DNA of 64,000 nucleotides, from positions 1 through 64,000 of the IMG/VR virus record IMGVR_UViG_3300032893_000010; one strand, given 5' to 3'. The DNA comes from a virus. Positions 48,034 to 57,146 of the stretch are shown here, in pieces. A program made the translations under genes and the position numbers. Positions within the stretch are counted from its first letter, which is position 1. Every line of letters starts with the position of its first letter. Below the pieces are notes generated by a model that saw nothing but the letters and a program-made list of their open reading frames with translations, was not told where the DNA came from and searched no databases.

Positions 48034-48140
48034 ATTTCCTGAAGAATAAGAAATGTGATTGCCTTTGCTTTGAGTGCTGTAGTTTCATTCATTGCGGAAG
48101 ACATAAGAAAGGTTGTCATAAGGATTGCGACCATGACTGA
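48030..48140 (+). CDS. Cys/His microprotein copy 7 (36 aa)
   Basis: MNFLKNKKCDCLCFECCSFIHCGRHKKGCHKDCDHD; AAGGA RBS, ATGA overlap. Confidence 0.75.
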   Translation: MNFLKNKKCDCLCFECCSFIHCGRHKKGCHKDCDHD

Positions 48141-48552
48141 GTTCTATCCAGGCAGCAGTAAGAGAAGAAGGAACTATGAAGACCAGGCTGGGAAAGCTGA
48201 AGACGAGAATTCTCTTGAGGATTTTGATCTGGGCAAATCAAAGACGTATCTCCTGAACAACCAAAGAGTAGAGTTGTATCCTTTAGGTTCCCTGGCTGCC
48301 GCTCTTAACAGGGCTCCGGTTACTATAAGGAAACTGGAGAAAGAAGGAATAATCCCTAAGGCCACGATGATACTTCCCTCTCATGACGAAAGAGGAACCA
48401 GAAGGCTTTACACCAGGGAGCAGATTGCGGGACTCAGGAAGGCTGCCGAGGAAGAGGGAGTGTTGTGTCCTAGTCCTAATGGTAAATGGAGAGCTATTGA
48501 AGAAACTAATTTCAGGGAGAAAGCTCTCTCAGTATTCAAGGAGAACAAGTGA
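48133..48552 (+). CDS. MerR-like HTH DNA-binding protein
   Basis: Y.LG.LA.AL.R...TIR.LE..GIIP...RRLYT.EQI; start at ATG 48133 after AAGGA. Confidence 0.7.
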   Translation: MTEFYPGSSKRRRNYEDQAGKAEDENSLEDFDLGKSKTYLLNNQRVELYPLGSLAAALNRAPVTIRKLEKEGIIPKATMILPSHDERGTRRLYTREQIAGLRKAAEEEGVLCPSPNGKWRAIEETNFREKALSVFKENK

Positions 48553-48667
48553 CAGATTGCAGCAAAGACGGTCATGTTTTTCCTGGTTACCCTGACCGGG
48601 TAACCATGTCAGAAGAGTATTACGATTGCATGAGAGATGATTGTGATTACGTGGACAGAAGAATAAA

Positions 48668-48907
48668 GTGATCATAAAAAGAACAAGAGCTTATACTGTG
48701 AACATGGGTAACTATGAGTCCTTCAGGACTGAGGCTACCGTTGAAGTTGACACAGACCAGTTAGCGATAGAAGAAGGAACATCTCCTGCTGACGCAGGAT
48801 TCGAATACGCAGATGAGCTGCTGACGAAAGCACTAGCTAAAGATCTTAAAGAAGCCGCAGAAGTTACGAATATCAAAGACTCATTCGTATTAACTATGGA
48901 GTTGTAA
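48668..48907 (+). CDS. Hypothetical protein
   Basis: TVNMGNYESFR.E motif. Confidence 0.55.
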   Translation: MIIKRTRAYTVNMGNYESFRTEATVEVDTDQLAIEEGTSPADAGFEYADELLTKALAKDLKEAAEVTNIKDSFVLTMEL

Positions 48908-48908
48908 C

Positions 48909-49619
48909 ATGGCGATAGAGAGAAAAAGAGCGCAGACACCAGATACGTCAGGATTAAGCGAGTTCGCACCTAGAGAAAGAGTAACTAAAGAAGTGCAAGA
49001 ATCACATGATTTCATCAAGCCTGGATGGGCAGTGGGCAAGAATCGCTATTCTAATTCAGGCGAGAAAGCAGACTATTTCAGCATCAAGAAGTTCGAGGAA
49101 GAGATAATCATCAAGTTCTTGGATGATGTGTCCTTCGCTCCGGTTTTCCAGCATTGGGTATTGATGGAGGGAGGGAAGAGAAGACCTTTCACTTGCATAG
49201 TAAAGGAATGTCCTCTTTGCGAGAGAGGAGACACGCCTAAGAGCTGTGACTATATCAATCTCGTAGAGCTGTCAGCTAAGTCACCGGATGACGAGAAGTA
49301 TCCAGAGCCTGTTCTCAAGCTGTGGTCTGCCTCACCTTCACCTGCTGCCGCTATCAAGCAGAGGGCAGAAAACAAGAGAAGCTCCCCTATCAACAGGAAG
49401 GGATTGTACTTTGCGGCATTCAAGGTTAACGGCAAGAATGACATCCCGGAGTATCATCTTGATCCTGTGAGGGAAGACGAGCTTGATGACTATGCCGTGC
49501 AGCCTCTGACCGATGAGCAACTAGCCAAGTTCAACTCTGAGAAGTATGATAAATCCGTAGTTAAGGTGCACACTAAGTCAGAGCTGGAAGAGATTGCAGA
49601 AAAGTATCTAGAGGATTAA
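48909..49619 (+). CDS. Single-stranded DNA-binding protein (gp32-like)
   Basis: IKFLD, QHW, C...CPLC Zn site, acidic C-terminus; located near the polymerase. Confidence 0.65.
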   Translation: MAIERKRAQTPDTSGLSEFAPRERVTKEVQESHDFIKPGWAVGKNRYSNSGEKADYFSIKKFEEEIIIKFLDDVSFAPVFQHWVLMEGGKRRPFTCIVKECPLCERGDTPKSCDYINLVELSAKSPDDEKYPEPVLKLWSASPSPAAAIKQRAENKRSSPINRKGLYFAAFKVNGKNDIPEYHLDPVREDELDDYAVQPLTDEQLAKFNSEKYDKSVVKVHTKSELEEIAEKYLED

Positions 49620-49632
49620 ATGGAGGATTTGA

Positions 49633-49839
49633 ATGCGCAAGTCTAAGATTGAAACGCACCAGTATGACCTGAATTACGCAGATCTTGTTAAGCTGCTGGA
49701 CCTAAAGCAGAATCAGACTGTGGTTGACATAACAGTGTCAGGAGGACTGAGCAAGACATCGGGACCCTGGGCAGTAAAGTTCAGGGTGCAGACTACTGAG
49801 TCTGAGACGCTGGAAATTCCGTCGTATACTGAAAAGTAA
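49633..49839 (+). CDS. Hypothetical protein
   Basis: GGAGG RBS, 68 aa. Confidence 0.5.
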   Translation: MRKSKIETHQYDLNYADLVKLLDLKQNQTVVDITVSGGLSKTSGPWAVKFRVQTTESETLEIPSYTEK

Positions 49840-50144
49840 TGGCTAGTGACTACCATAGCAGGTTAAGAGCAGAAGTTCTGGATCATTACGGCAGGTCGTG
49901 TGCTTGCTGTGGCGAGACAGAACTTCTGTTTCTCTGCATCGATCATAAGAATAATAACGGATATGCTCATAGGAAAGAGCTGAAAAGCAGGTCATCTGCT
50001 ACTTTATACAGATGGCTGATAAAAGAGGGATTCCCTGAGGATTTCCAGACCTTATGCTATAACTGCAATCACGGCAAGAAACTGAACGGAGGTGGGTGTC
50101 CTCATGTTACCTCAAGGAATAGTAACCTCAGAGTCGCAGCTTAG
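49839..50144 (+). CDS. HNH (His-Me finger) endonuclease
   Basis: YG..CACCGE.....L.IDH.NN.G...Q.LC.NCN..K; overlaps the polymerase start and supplies its GGAGGT RBS. Confidence 0.75.
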   Translation: MASDYHSRLRAEVLDHYGRSCACCGETELLFLCIDHKNNNGYAHRKELKSRSSATLYRWLIKEGFPEDFQTLCYNCNHGKKLNGGGCPHVTSRNSNLRVAA

Positions 50145-52050
50145 GAAAGTAGCTGACCATTTCCTGACCAGGCCAGAGTTCTACTTTGACATCGAGACTA
50201 CTACAGAGTACAGATTGCAGCCTCAGGTCGCTCCTGTGACATGGATTTCCATCGCTACTGAGGGTTGCGCTGTCTCTATCCCGATGGGACATGAGAGAGG
50301 GGAGTTCTCTCATGAAGAGAAAATTCTCGCACAGTATAAGACAGGTAAGAATGCAGGAAAAACATATAATAAGACCGTCAAGAGATATCTGGAAGCCCCG
50401 CCGCAATTGGATGCGGGAACTGTATTTCAGATCCTTAAGCCCCTGTTTGCATCAGAAACCATAAGAAAAGGCGCTCACGATGCAGTATTTGATATCGTGG
50501 GCGTTTCTAAGTTTCTGGGGTTTGTTCCTCCTCCTCCTTATGATGACTCTAAGATAGGCTACTGGCTGCTGGATGAGAATGACATATATGGTGCTCATCT
50601 TAAGCAGATGATTGAGAACCGTTACAGTTTTGTCTACGATACAGAGAATATAGGTAAATGCGTAGAGTCTCATCCATTCAGTCTCGTGGGATATTATTCC
50701 TACTGTGACTCCAAAATGGGCCGTCTTTGCCTTAAAGATATTGTCAGGAGAATAGATGAGCAGGGTTTGCGTCCTATCTATGATCTGGAGATGCAAGTTC
50801 TCAATGTAGTGATAGGCATGAGACTATCAGGAGTAAGGATAGATGAAGAAAGACTTCACGAGTTCAGGAAAGAGCTTATAAATGAACTGACTAAATCTGA
50901 AGCTGAAGTATATGTATCAGCGGGTCATAAATTCAACATAAATTCTAACAAGGACAAGCAGCAAGTTCTTTACGTAGAGCAGAAACTGAAGCCATGGAAA
51001 CTGACTAGAGGCGGGCTTGAGAAGGAAAGACAAGGCTTGCCTCTTGCTATTGCTGACTACTCAGTGGATGCTGACGTACTGGACTCTTATCCAGACAATC
51101 CAGTGGCAGTAGCACTCAAGGGTTACTCTAAGATAAGCAAGATCCTGTCAACGTACGTGGATGCCTGGATCGGTGATGATGAGAATCCTTCTCTTATTAT
51201 CGACGGGCATATCCATGCTGGTTTCCAGCAGTACGGAACAGTAACGGGAAGGTTCTCGTGTCGTGCTCCTAATCTCCAGAATCCTCCTAGACCGCATACC
51301 TGGCTGGGCAAGGGCATAAGATCCTGTATCGTGCCAGAACCAGGAGGGAAGCAAGTAGTAGCTGACTATTCTCAGATTGAGCTTGTGATACTTGCTCACT
51401 ATATCGGTGAGGGAGCACTGTACGAGGGATTTCTTGAGGGAATTGACCCGCATACCTTGACAGCAGCTATGGTGCTTGATAAACTTGTAGAAGAAGTTAC
51501 AAAGGTGGAGCGTCAGGATCTAGGCAAGACTCTTGGATTCGCTGTAGTTTACGGTGCTGGCCTTAAGAAGGTCGGCGCGATGAGCAAGCTGGGATATGAC
51601 GGAGCTAAGAGAATCCTGCGTAAGCATGAGAGAATGTTCCCTGAGATCCATTCTTTCAAGCAGTATGTCATAGACCTGGCGAGGTCACGCAAACCCGTTC
51701 CTTACATTACTACCTTGCTAGGGAGGAAGAGGAGAATTCCTGAGCTGAATTCTCGTAATGAGAAAATCAGGATGGGAGCAGAGAGACAGTGTTTTAATTC
51801 CCTTATCCAGGGCGGTGCAGGAGATCTCCTTAAGCTGGCGATGGTAAGACTTGACGGACTACTGCCGTCTGGGGCTTCCATCGTAATGACAGTACACGAT
51901 GAGCTTGTGGTTTCATGCTCAGAAGATCTTGCCGAGGAGGTTGCAGCTTGCATGATAGAGGCGATGACAGGACCAGATATACAGAGGCTGGTGAAAGTCC
52001 CGTTGAAGGTTGACCTTCATATAGTAGACAGATGGGATGAGGCAAAATGA
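50104..52050 (+). CDS. Family A DNA polymerase with 3'-5' exonuclease
   Basis: FDIET; TGRFS...PNLQN; ADYSQIEL (motif A); R...KTLGFAVVYG (motif B); VHDE (motif C). Confidence 0.93.
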   Translation: MLPQGIVTSESQLRKVADHFLTRPEFYFDIETTTEYRLQPQVAPVTWISIATEGCAVSIPMGHERGEFSHEEKILAQYKTGKNAGKTYNKTVKRYLEAPPQLDAGTVFQILKPLFASETIRKGAHDAVFDIVGVSKFLGFVPPPPYDDSKIGYWLLDENDIYGAHLKQMIENRYSFVYDTENIGKCVESHPFSLVGYYSYCDSKMGRLCLKDIVRRIDEQGLRPIYDLEMQVLNVVIGMRLSGVRIDEERLHEFRKELINELTKSEAEVYVSAGHKFNINSNKDKQQVLYVEQKLKPWKLTRGGLEKERQGLPLAIADYSVDADVLDSYPDNPVAVALKGYSKISKILSTYVDAWIGDDENPSLIIDGHIHAGFQQYGTVTGRFSCRAPNLQNPPRPHTWLGKGIRSCIVPEPGGKQVVADYSQIELVILAHYIGEGALYEGFLEGIDPHTLTAAMVLDKLVEEVTKVERQDLGKTLGFAVVYGAGLKKVGAMSKLGYDGAKRILRKHERMFPEIHSFKQYVIDLARSRKPVPYITTLLGRKRRIPELNSRNEKIRMGAERQCFNSLIQGGAGDLLKLAMVRLDGLLPSGASIVMTVHDELVVSCSEDLAEEVAACMIEAMTGPDIQRLVKVPLKVDLHIVDRWDEAK

Positions 52051-52085
52051 GATCATGGAAAACAGAAGTGTGGATCAGTACTTAA

Positions 52086-52226
52086 GTGGGTAAAGAGGAT
52101 AATAAAGACAAAAAGGATCTATGCGAAGAGTGCGGTATTAACCCTGTAGAAGAAGAATCTAACTTCTGTACAGCGTGTCTTGCTGCGAAGATAATAAATA
52201 AAAGAAGGAACGGGCACAAGAAGTAA
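52086..52226 (+). CDS. CxxC...CxxC microprotein (46 aa)
   Basis: ...LCEECGINPVEEESNFCTACL...; TAATG coupled to next gene. Confidence 0.55.
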   Translation: MGKEDNKDKKDLCEECGINPVEEESNFCTACLAAKIINKRRNGHKK

Positions 52227-52357
52227 TGAGCACGAATCCGTATGAGTGCCCAGAATGCGGTTCTAATGAAACGTATAAAAAAGAAAGAGATAAGCGTGTC
52301 TGTACTAAGTGCGGTACTGTGTTTACCTTCACAGGCAGCCCGGACAGGAATTACTGA
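52226..52357 (+). CDS. Zinc-ribbon microprotein (43 aa)
   Basis: MSTNPYECPECGSNETYKKERDKRVCTKCGTVF... Confidence 0.6.
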   Translation: MSTNPYECPECGSNETYKKERDKRVCTKCGTVFTFTGSPDRNY

Positions 52358-52686
52358 TGATCATGACAGATAAGATAAATGAGGTTTACTGGGAAAGAAA
52401 TCAGCTAGTAGCAGTATTGTCCAAATTATTTCCTTCTCATTTATCACGTCATCCTGACGACGACAAGGACTGGGAAGATGATTGGAGAACTATAGTATGT
52501 ATCCATACCCCAGTTGGCCAGGCTACGTGGCATGTTCACGATGATGAGAAGAATGATTTCTCTCATCTAGAGGAAAAATCAAACGACTGGGATGGTCATT
52601 CTACAGAGGAAAAATACAAGAGACTGAGTATGCTTCCTTATAATAGCGTCAGAAAGGGATTTCATGCCGGACTTCTGGGCACGTAA
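52357..52686 (+). CDS. WDGH-motif protein
   Basis: Y.ERN.L, P.GQ.TWH, WDGHSTEEKY.RL. Confidence 0.65.
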   Translation: MIMTDKINEVYWERNQLVAVLSKLFPSHLSRHPDDDKDWEDDWRTIVCIHTPVGQATWHVHDDEKNDFSHLEEKSNDWDGHSTEEKYKRLSMLPYNSVRKGFHAGLLGT

Positions 52687-53116
52687 GAAACAGGAGTTAC
52701 AAAAAGAGGGAAAACTTCCTGTCCCCAGGCCGTCTGTAATGGCTTCTGACGGTCCCTGGTGGCAAGACCCTAGGGAGACTACCAGACAGGCCCCGAAAGA
52801 GCCTCAGGGACCGTCTCAGGGCCGTGCGCAGGCACCTAGGCCGGGAGAGTACGGTCAGGTTTCATGTCCTCACTGCCGCTCTGGGAATTACAGTAAGCCT
52901 AGTCCGTCAACAGCATCTAGATGTTTTGAGTGCGGTTATGTTGACGGAAGGCAGCTTAATGAGCCTAATCTTCCTGGTATAGCTGTGACAGATGCTCCTT
53001 CGGTGAAGACAAGGCAGCTATCGTCACAAGGTCATTTCGGGAGATCAGCAGCGGAGATCGCAGAAAATAACGCTGTGCTGGAACAGTCAGCACAGGGAAG
53101 GGCTAAACTTGGCTAG
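52664..53116 (+). CDS. Hypothetical Zn-ribbon protein
   Basis: CPHC.SGNY...RCFECGY. Confidence 0.6.
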   Translation: MPDFWARKKQELQKEGKLPVPRPSVMASDGPWWQDPRETTRQAPKEPQGPSQGRAQAPRPGEYGQVSCPHCRSGNYSKPSPSTASRCFECGYVDGRQLNEPNLPGIAVTDAPSVKTRQLSSQGHFGRSAAEIAENNAVLEQSAQGRAKLG

Positions 53117-53181
53117 TAATCCTGCGGTATGGGCTATTGCAGAAGTATTAAAAGAAATAAGAGACGAACTAAAGAAGATCA

Positions 53182-54246
53182 ATGAATCAGTTCATAAACA
53201 AGACAAATAGGCAATTCGGCGTAGGGACTGCTATTAAAGCAGCGGAAATAAAACCGCCTCCTAGACTTACATCAGGATCGCTGTCTTTAGATGTCATCTT
53301 AGGAGGCGGCTGGCCAGCGAACGGGCAGTGGGTGGAAGTGAGAGGCAAGGAATCTGCCGGTAAGACTGCCATCGCATACAAGACTATAGCAGCGAACCAG
53401 AAAAATCCTGATTTCAATGCTTTGTGGATAGCGGCAGAGCCTTATGATGTGGACCAGGCACATGCTCTAGGTGTTGATAATTCAAGAGTGACGGTCATAG
53501 CGACTCAGAAGATGGAGTTCGCTTTCGAGATGGCCGTAGATGCTGCATCGTCTCAGGAGTTCGATGTGATAGTAATCGATTCTTATCCTGCTCTCGTACC
53601 AGATGAGGAAGCTGATAAGGCCATGGATGAGTTCACTACAGCTACTGGCGCTCGTAATTTCAATAAGTTCATACGTAAGGCTGGACTCGCGTCCAGGAGA
53701 GCTGCTGACGGAACTGACAGGCCATTGACAGGAATAATAATCAACCAGTACAGGGATAAGATAGGAGGATTCGCCAGGTATGGTGTTCCTCAGACTACTC
53801 CTGGAGGGCACGGCAAGGATTATTTCTACTATACGATTGTAAAGGTAGCAAGAGATGACTGGATCATGGAGAAAAGATCTGGTAATCCAGATCCCGTTGC
53901 CGTGGGCCAGACGATTAAGCTTACTACTGAGAAGAACAAGGCAAATGCGCCCAGGCAGACCATTTCTCTTGATTTCTATTTCAGGGAAGCACCTGTCCTC
54001 GGTTTTCACAGGGGAGATTATGACACAGCGAAAGACTTCTTCACTATGGGAGTTCTATTTGGTGTCATCAGGAAATCAGGAGTATGGTACTACTATCAGG
54101 AAGAGAAGTGGCAGGGCAAGGAAAAGGCCCTCGAAGCTTTAAGACAAGACAAGACATTACAAGAAGACATGGCGGCTGATGTTCTTAGCGCAGCCACCAG
54201 ACCAGAATTGGCTGATCAGCTAATAGTGACAACTGAAGAGGATTAA
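53182..54246 (+). CDS. recA: RecA/UvsX-like recombinase
   Basis: SGSLSLD..LGGG, G.ESAGKT, VIDS, IINQ.R.KIG, TPGG, KNK..P. Confidence 0.92.
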   Translation: MNQFINKTNRQFGVGTAIKAAEIKPPPRLTSGSLSLDVILGGGWPANGQWVEVRGKESAGKTAIAYKTIAANQKNPDFNALWIAAEPYDVDQAHALGVDNSRVTVIATQKMEFAFEMAVDAASSQEFDVIVIDSYPALVPDEEADKAMDEFTTATGARNFNKFIRKAGLASRRAADGTDRPLTGIIINQYRDKIGGFARYGVPQTTPGGHGKDYFYYTIVKVARDDWIMEKRSGNPDPVAVGQTIKLTTEKNKANAPRQTISLDFYFREAPVLGFHRGDYDTAKDFFTMGVLFGVIRKSGVWYYYQEEKWQGKEKALEALRQDKTLQEDMAADVLSAATRPELADQLIVTTEED

Positions 54247-54488
54247 TGGAATCAACAGCTTTAGGTCTGCCCTTATTGATAGATTCGGGTACGGGTACGG
54301 AATTTTCTCCCATATCTACCTTTGTAGTATCTAAGGGAATGGACACTGAGGGAAATATAGTTTACGCTTTGGCGTTTAGTGAGGGAATGGATATAATAGA
54401 TGCCCTGGCTCTGGTGCAGTATGCATTGCTCGATGTAAATGAGAGAGTGAAGAGACTTGTTACGTCAGGATCACAAGAGACGGAGTAA
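54246..54488 (+). CDS. Hypothetical protein
   Basis: GAGG RBS, TAATG coupling. Confidence 0.5.
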   Translation: MESTALGLPLLIDSGTGTEFSPISTFVVSKGMDTEGNIVYALAFSEGMDIIDALALVQYALLDVNERVKRLVTSGSQETE

Positions 54489-54807
54489 ACTCCAGGAGGC
54501 AAGAACAGCAAAGGATTTCAGAGGCAGGGTAACTCCTGCCTCTGGCTCCCAGTGGCATAGCAAGGGTGACGTGAAAACAAAAAACTGGCTTATAGAATGC
54601 AAGACGACCACTAAGCAATCTTATTCATTGAAGGTCCAGACTTGGCATAAGATATGGAAAGAGGCAATGTCAGAGGGTAGAGATCCTCTTATGGTTATAG
54701 ACTTTGCTGAGGATGATACATCTTTAGTGGTAATCGATAAAGAAGATTTTCTTGCAATTCTCTCTCAGCCTATATACAGAGAGCTGAACAAGGAAATTGG
54801 TACTTAG
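54457..54807 (+). CDS. PD-(D/E)xK nuclease, Holliday-junction resolvase-like
   Basis: QE.R.A, SGS....KGDV, IECK.T. Confidence 0.75.
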   Translation: MLRQDHKRRSKLQEARTAKDFRGRVTPASGSQWHSKGDVKTKNWLIECKTTTKQSYSLKVQTWHKIWKEAMSEGRDPLMVIDFAEDDTSLVVIDKEDFLAILSQPIYRELNKEIGT

Positions 54808-55180
54808 ACTGAGGAAAGCTGCCCCAGGCCAGTGGGATGATGCCAAGTGCAGGATCATAAGGGTAACTGAGGATTATGATCCTTTCTTCGAGGATGAGCA
54901 CATGGATGATGCCCTGGATTTCTGTAACGGCCTTCATGATGATACGGTATGCCCGATAAGGCACAAATGCCTTCTGTTCGCCCTCTCTAATAATGAGAAG
55001 TTCGGTGTGTGGGGAGGCATGAGTGAGCTTGGAAGGAAAGCTATCAGGAAGAAAATGCCTGCTAGGGGAGGAAAACCTAATTATGACTGGCAGTGGATGA
55101 ATGAGGAAACTGCGTTGTCAGGTCTTGATGCTGACAGATTGAGAAGAGAGCTAGATGAGGAAAAGAACTACCAAGACTGA
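54797..55180 (+). CDS. whiB: WhiB-family Fe-S transcription factor
   Basis: W...AKC...FF...C...CP....CL..AL...E.FGVWGGMS...R. Confidence 0.88.
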   Translation: MVLRLRKAAPGQWDDAKCRIIRVTEDYDPFFEDEHMDDALDFCNGLHDDTVCPIRHKCLLFALSNNEKFGVWGGMSELGRKAIRKKMPARGGKPNYDWQWMNEETALSGLDADRLRRELDEEKNYQD

Positions 55181-56168
55181 CGGTAGGAGAAGAGTTACAA
55201 AGACTGATGGCCGGTTAGCTGATTATTCGTCTCTGAGAACTGCTACGGGGATAGTAATCCCTGAAGTGCGGAGAGTACTACTGGACAGGGCAAGAAGAGA
55301 CGATGAGATAACCAGGCACAGGAACAACATCATATATCCTTCTGAGATGGCTAAGAATGACTGGTGCCCGAGAGCTACATATCACAGGATGACATCTGGT
55401 CACATGCCAGCTTCTAAATCATCGTTCACTTTAGAGAACGTGTTCAGTGAAGGTAACAGGATTCACGATAAATGGCAGTCGTGGATGGCTGAGACTGGAA
55501 AGCTCTGGGGCGACTGGAGATGCTCCAGATGCTCTGAGTATGTATCGAATAGCGTTAAGCCTGGATCGTACTTCTCTGGTTCCTGCGTAGGAACAGGATG
55601 GGTGAAACTAGAAACTATAGGTGGCACTTCATACGGGGTTTCTAAAGATCTGACTACTGATTTTTCTCATGACTGGAGATACAGGGAAGTTACGCTGAAG
55701 TCAGCATCTCTTCCGGTATCAGGCCACGCTGATGGTGCTCTCACGGAATATAATATTCTGGTTGAGCTTAAATCTCTCGGCGCTGGAGGTTTGAGGTTTG
55801 AAGCTCCTAATATGATAAAGCAGCACACCCATGAGTCAAAGACCACATCTAAAAGCATACTCGACATTGACGGGCTCTGGAAAGATTTCCATCGTCCGCT
55901 GTCCGGCCATATCCGCCAGGGAAATATTTACTTGTGGATGTGCCAGGAGAACAGACTGCCCTTTGACAGGATCTCATTCGTGTACGAATTCAAGGCTAAC
56001 CAGCAGGCGAAAGAGTTTGTGGTTCCGTACTCATATAGCATTGTCGAGCCTTTACTGGAAACTGCTGAGAATATCGTAGACTGCATAGCTAAGGGAACAC
56101 CGCCTGACTGCTATTCGGGTAAGGGTGGCTGCTCTCAGTGCAGAGCATTCGAGAAAAAGGAGGAATGA
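55155..56168 (+). CDS. Cas4-like exonuclease
   Basis: PS.....WCPR, G..IH, GHADG, VELKS, Q..IY, C-terminal C.....C..C. Confidence 0.75.
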   Translation: MRKRTTKTDGRRRVTKTDGRLADYSSLRTATGIVIPEVRRVLLDRARRDDEITRHRNNIIYPSEMAKNDWCPRATYHRMTSGHMPASKSSFTLENVFSEGNRIHDKWQSWMAETGKLWGDWRCSRCSEYVSNSVKPGSYFSGSCVGTGWVKLETIGGTSYGVSKDLTTDFSHDWRYREVTLKSASLPVSGHADGALTEYNILVELKSLGAGGLRFEAPNMIKQHTHESKTTSKSILDIDGLWKDFHRPLSGHIRQGNIYLWMCQENRLPFDRISFVYEFKANQQAKEFVVPYSYSIVEPLLETAENIVDCIAKGTPPDCYSGKGGCSQCRAFEKKEE

Positions 56169-56473
56169 TGCCTTGCATCAGATGCGACGGGCTTGAAAAA
56201 GAAGTAGAGACCGGGTTCTTTGATGAAGTTCTCTGTACTTTCTGTGGTCAGCATCATCTGAAGTCCACGAATCATTCTGGTCCTTGGAAAGTCTACGTTG
56301 TAACAGATTGTGATTGCAGGAATGCTCTTGCTGACGTAAAAACTGATAAATACAGAAGCAACATAGCAGGTATCACTCATGAATACAGATGCATGAAATG
56401 CATGACAAGATATGTATGGTCAGGTTTCACAGGCTGGGAACTTTCTCTTGAGCACATCATGGAAATGCTATGA
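56165..56473 (+). CDS. Cys-rich hypothetical protein
   Basis: Multiple CxxC; ATG after AGGAGG. Confidence 0.5.
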   Translation: MMPCIRCDGLEKEVETGFFDEVLCTFCGQHHLKSTNHSGPWKVYVVTDCDCRNALADVKTDKYRSNIAGITHEYRCMKCMTRYVWSGFTGWELSLEHIMEML

Positions 56474-56832
56474 GTAAATCAAAAGCTAAGGGAACTGCTG
56501 CTGAGACTGCTATTGTCAATTACCTGAACGAGAGAAAATGGGAAGTAAAACGCAGACCACCTCAGGGAGCTAATGATAAAGGTGACATAGACTGCGGAAA
56601 CTATCCTTTCATCTTGGAAGTCAAGAACTGCAAGCAGATGAAGCTGAGTGAATGGGTAGATGAAGCTGAGGTAGAAGCTGGCAGGGCAGCAGTTGACTAT
56701 CCATGGCTAGACAACCCTCCAGCGGGCATTGTAGTACATAAAAGAGTCAGGAGAGGCCAGCCTAAAGACTGGTATGTGACCATGAGCGTTGATTCTTTCG
56801 TAAGGCTTGTAGAGGCTTGCTGGAAAGAATAA
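56470..56832 (+). CDS. Hjc-like Holliday junction resolvase
   Basis: SKAKGT.AE, DKGDI, LEVKN. Confidence 0.78.
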   Translation: MSKSKAKGTAAETAIVNYLNERKWEVKRRPPQGANDKGDIDCGNYPFILEVKNCKQMKLSEWVDEAEVEAGRAAVDYPWLDNPPAGIVVHKRVRRGQPKDWYVTMSVDSFVRLVEACWKE

Positions 56833-56878
56833 TCCGGTATACTGATAAGGTAAATATATCAGTAAACAGGAGTATCAA

Positions 56879-57145
56879 ATGGAAGAAACGCTATTAAAGG
56901 TCAAGGGCTCAAGCTCAGCACCTTCTCTAGCCAGCGTAATAGCACACGGAGTATACGAGAACAAGAAGCTGTGTCTTCGTGCCATAGGAGCATCAGCAGT
57001 TAATCAGGCAATGAAAGCAGTTGCCATAGCTCAATCATATGTTGGAGCTAAGGGAATGAGATTGCTTGTCATACCTGGTTTCACTGATGTTGAAATGGAT
57101 GACGCTACTGTCACAGCTCTTGTATTCAGGATAAGAACGGAATAG
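56879..57145 (+). CDS. spoVS: SpoVS-family protein
   Basis: LKV...S....A..IA......LRAIGA.AVNQA.KA.AIA...PGF. Confidence 0.85.
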   Translation: MEETLLKVKGSSSAPSLASVIAHGVYENKKLCLRAIGASAVNQAMKAVAIAQSYVGAKGMRLLVIPGFTDVEMDDATVTALVFRIRTE

Positions 57146-57146
57146 C

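Noticed and set aside
48055-48132. Hydrophobic signal-like N-terminus of ORF 48055
   Set aside because: It is the alternate frame of Cys microprotein copy 7; the likely start is ATG 48133.
52309-52356. N-terminal extension of the WDGH ORF
   Set aside because: It overlaps the coupled Zn-ribbon ORF 52226..52357.
55155-56168. CRISPR-Cas system based on the Cas4-like gene
   Set aside because: No repeat-spacer array or other cas genes; solo Cas4-like nucleases are common in phage recombination modules.
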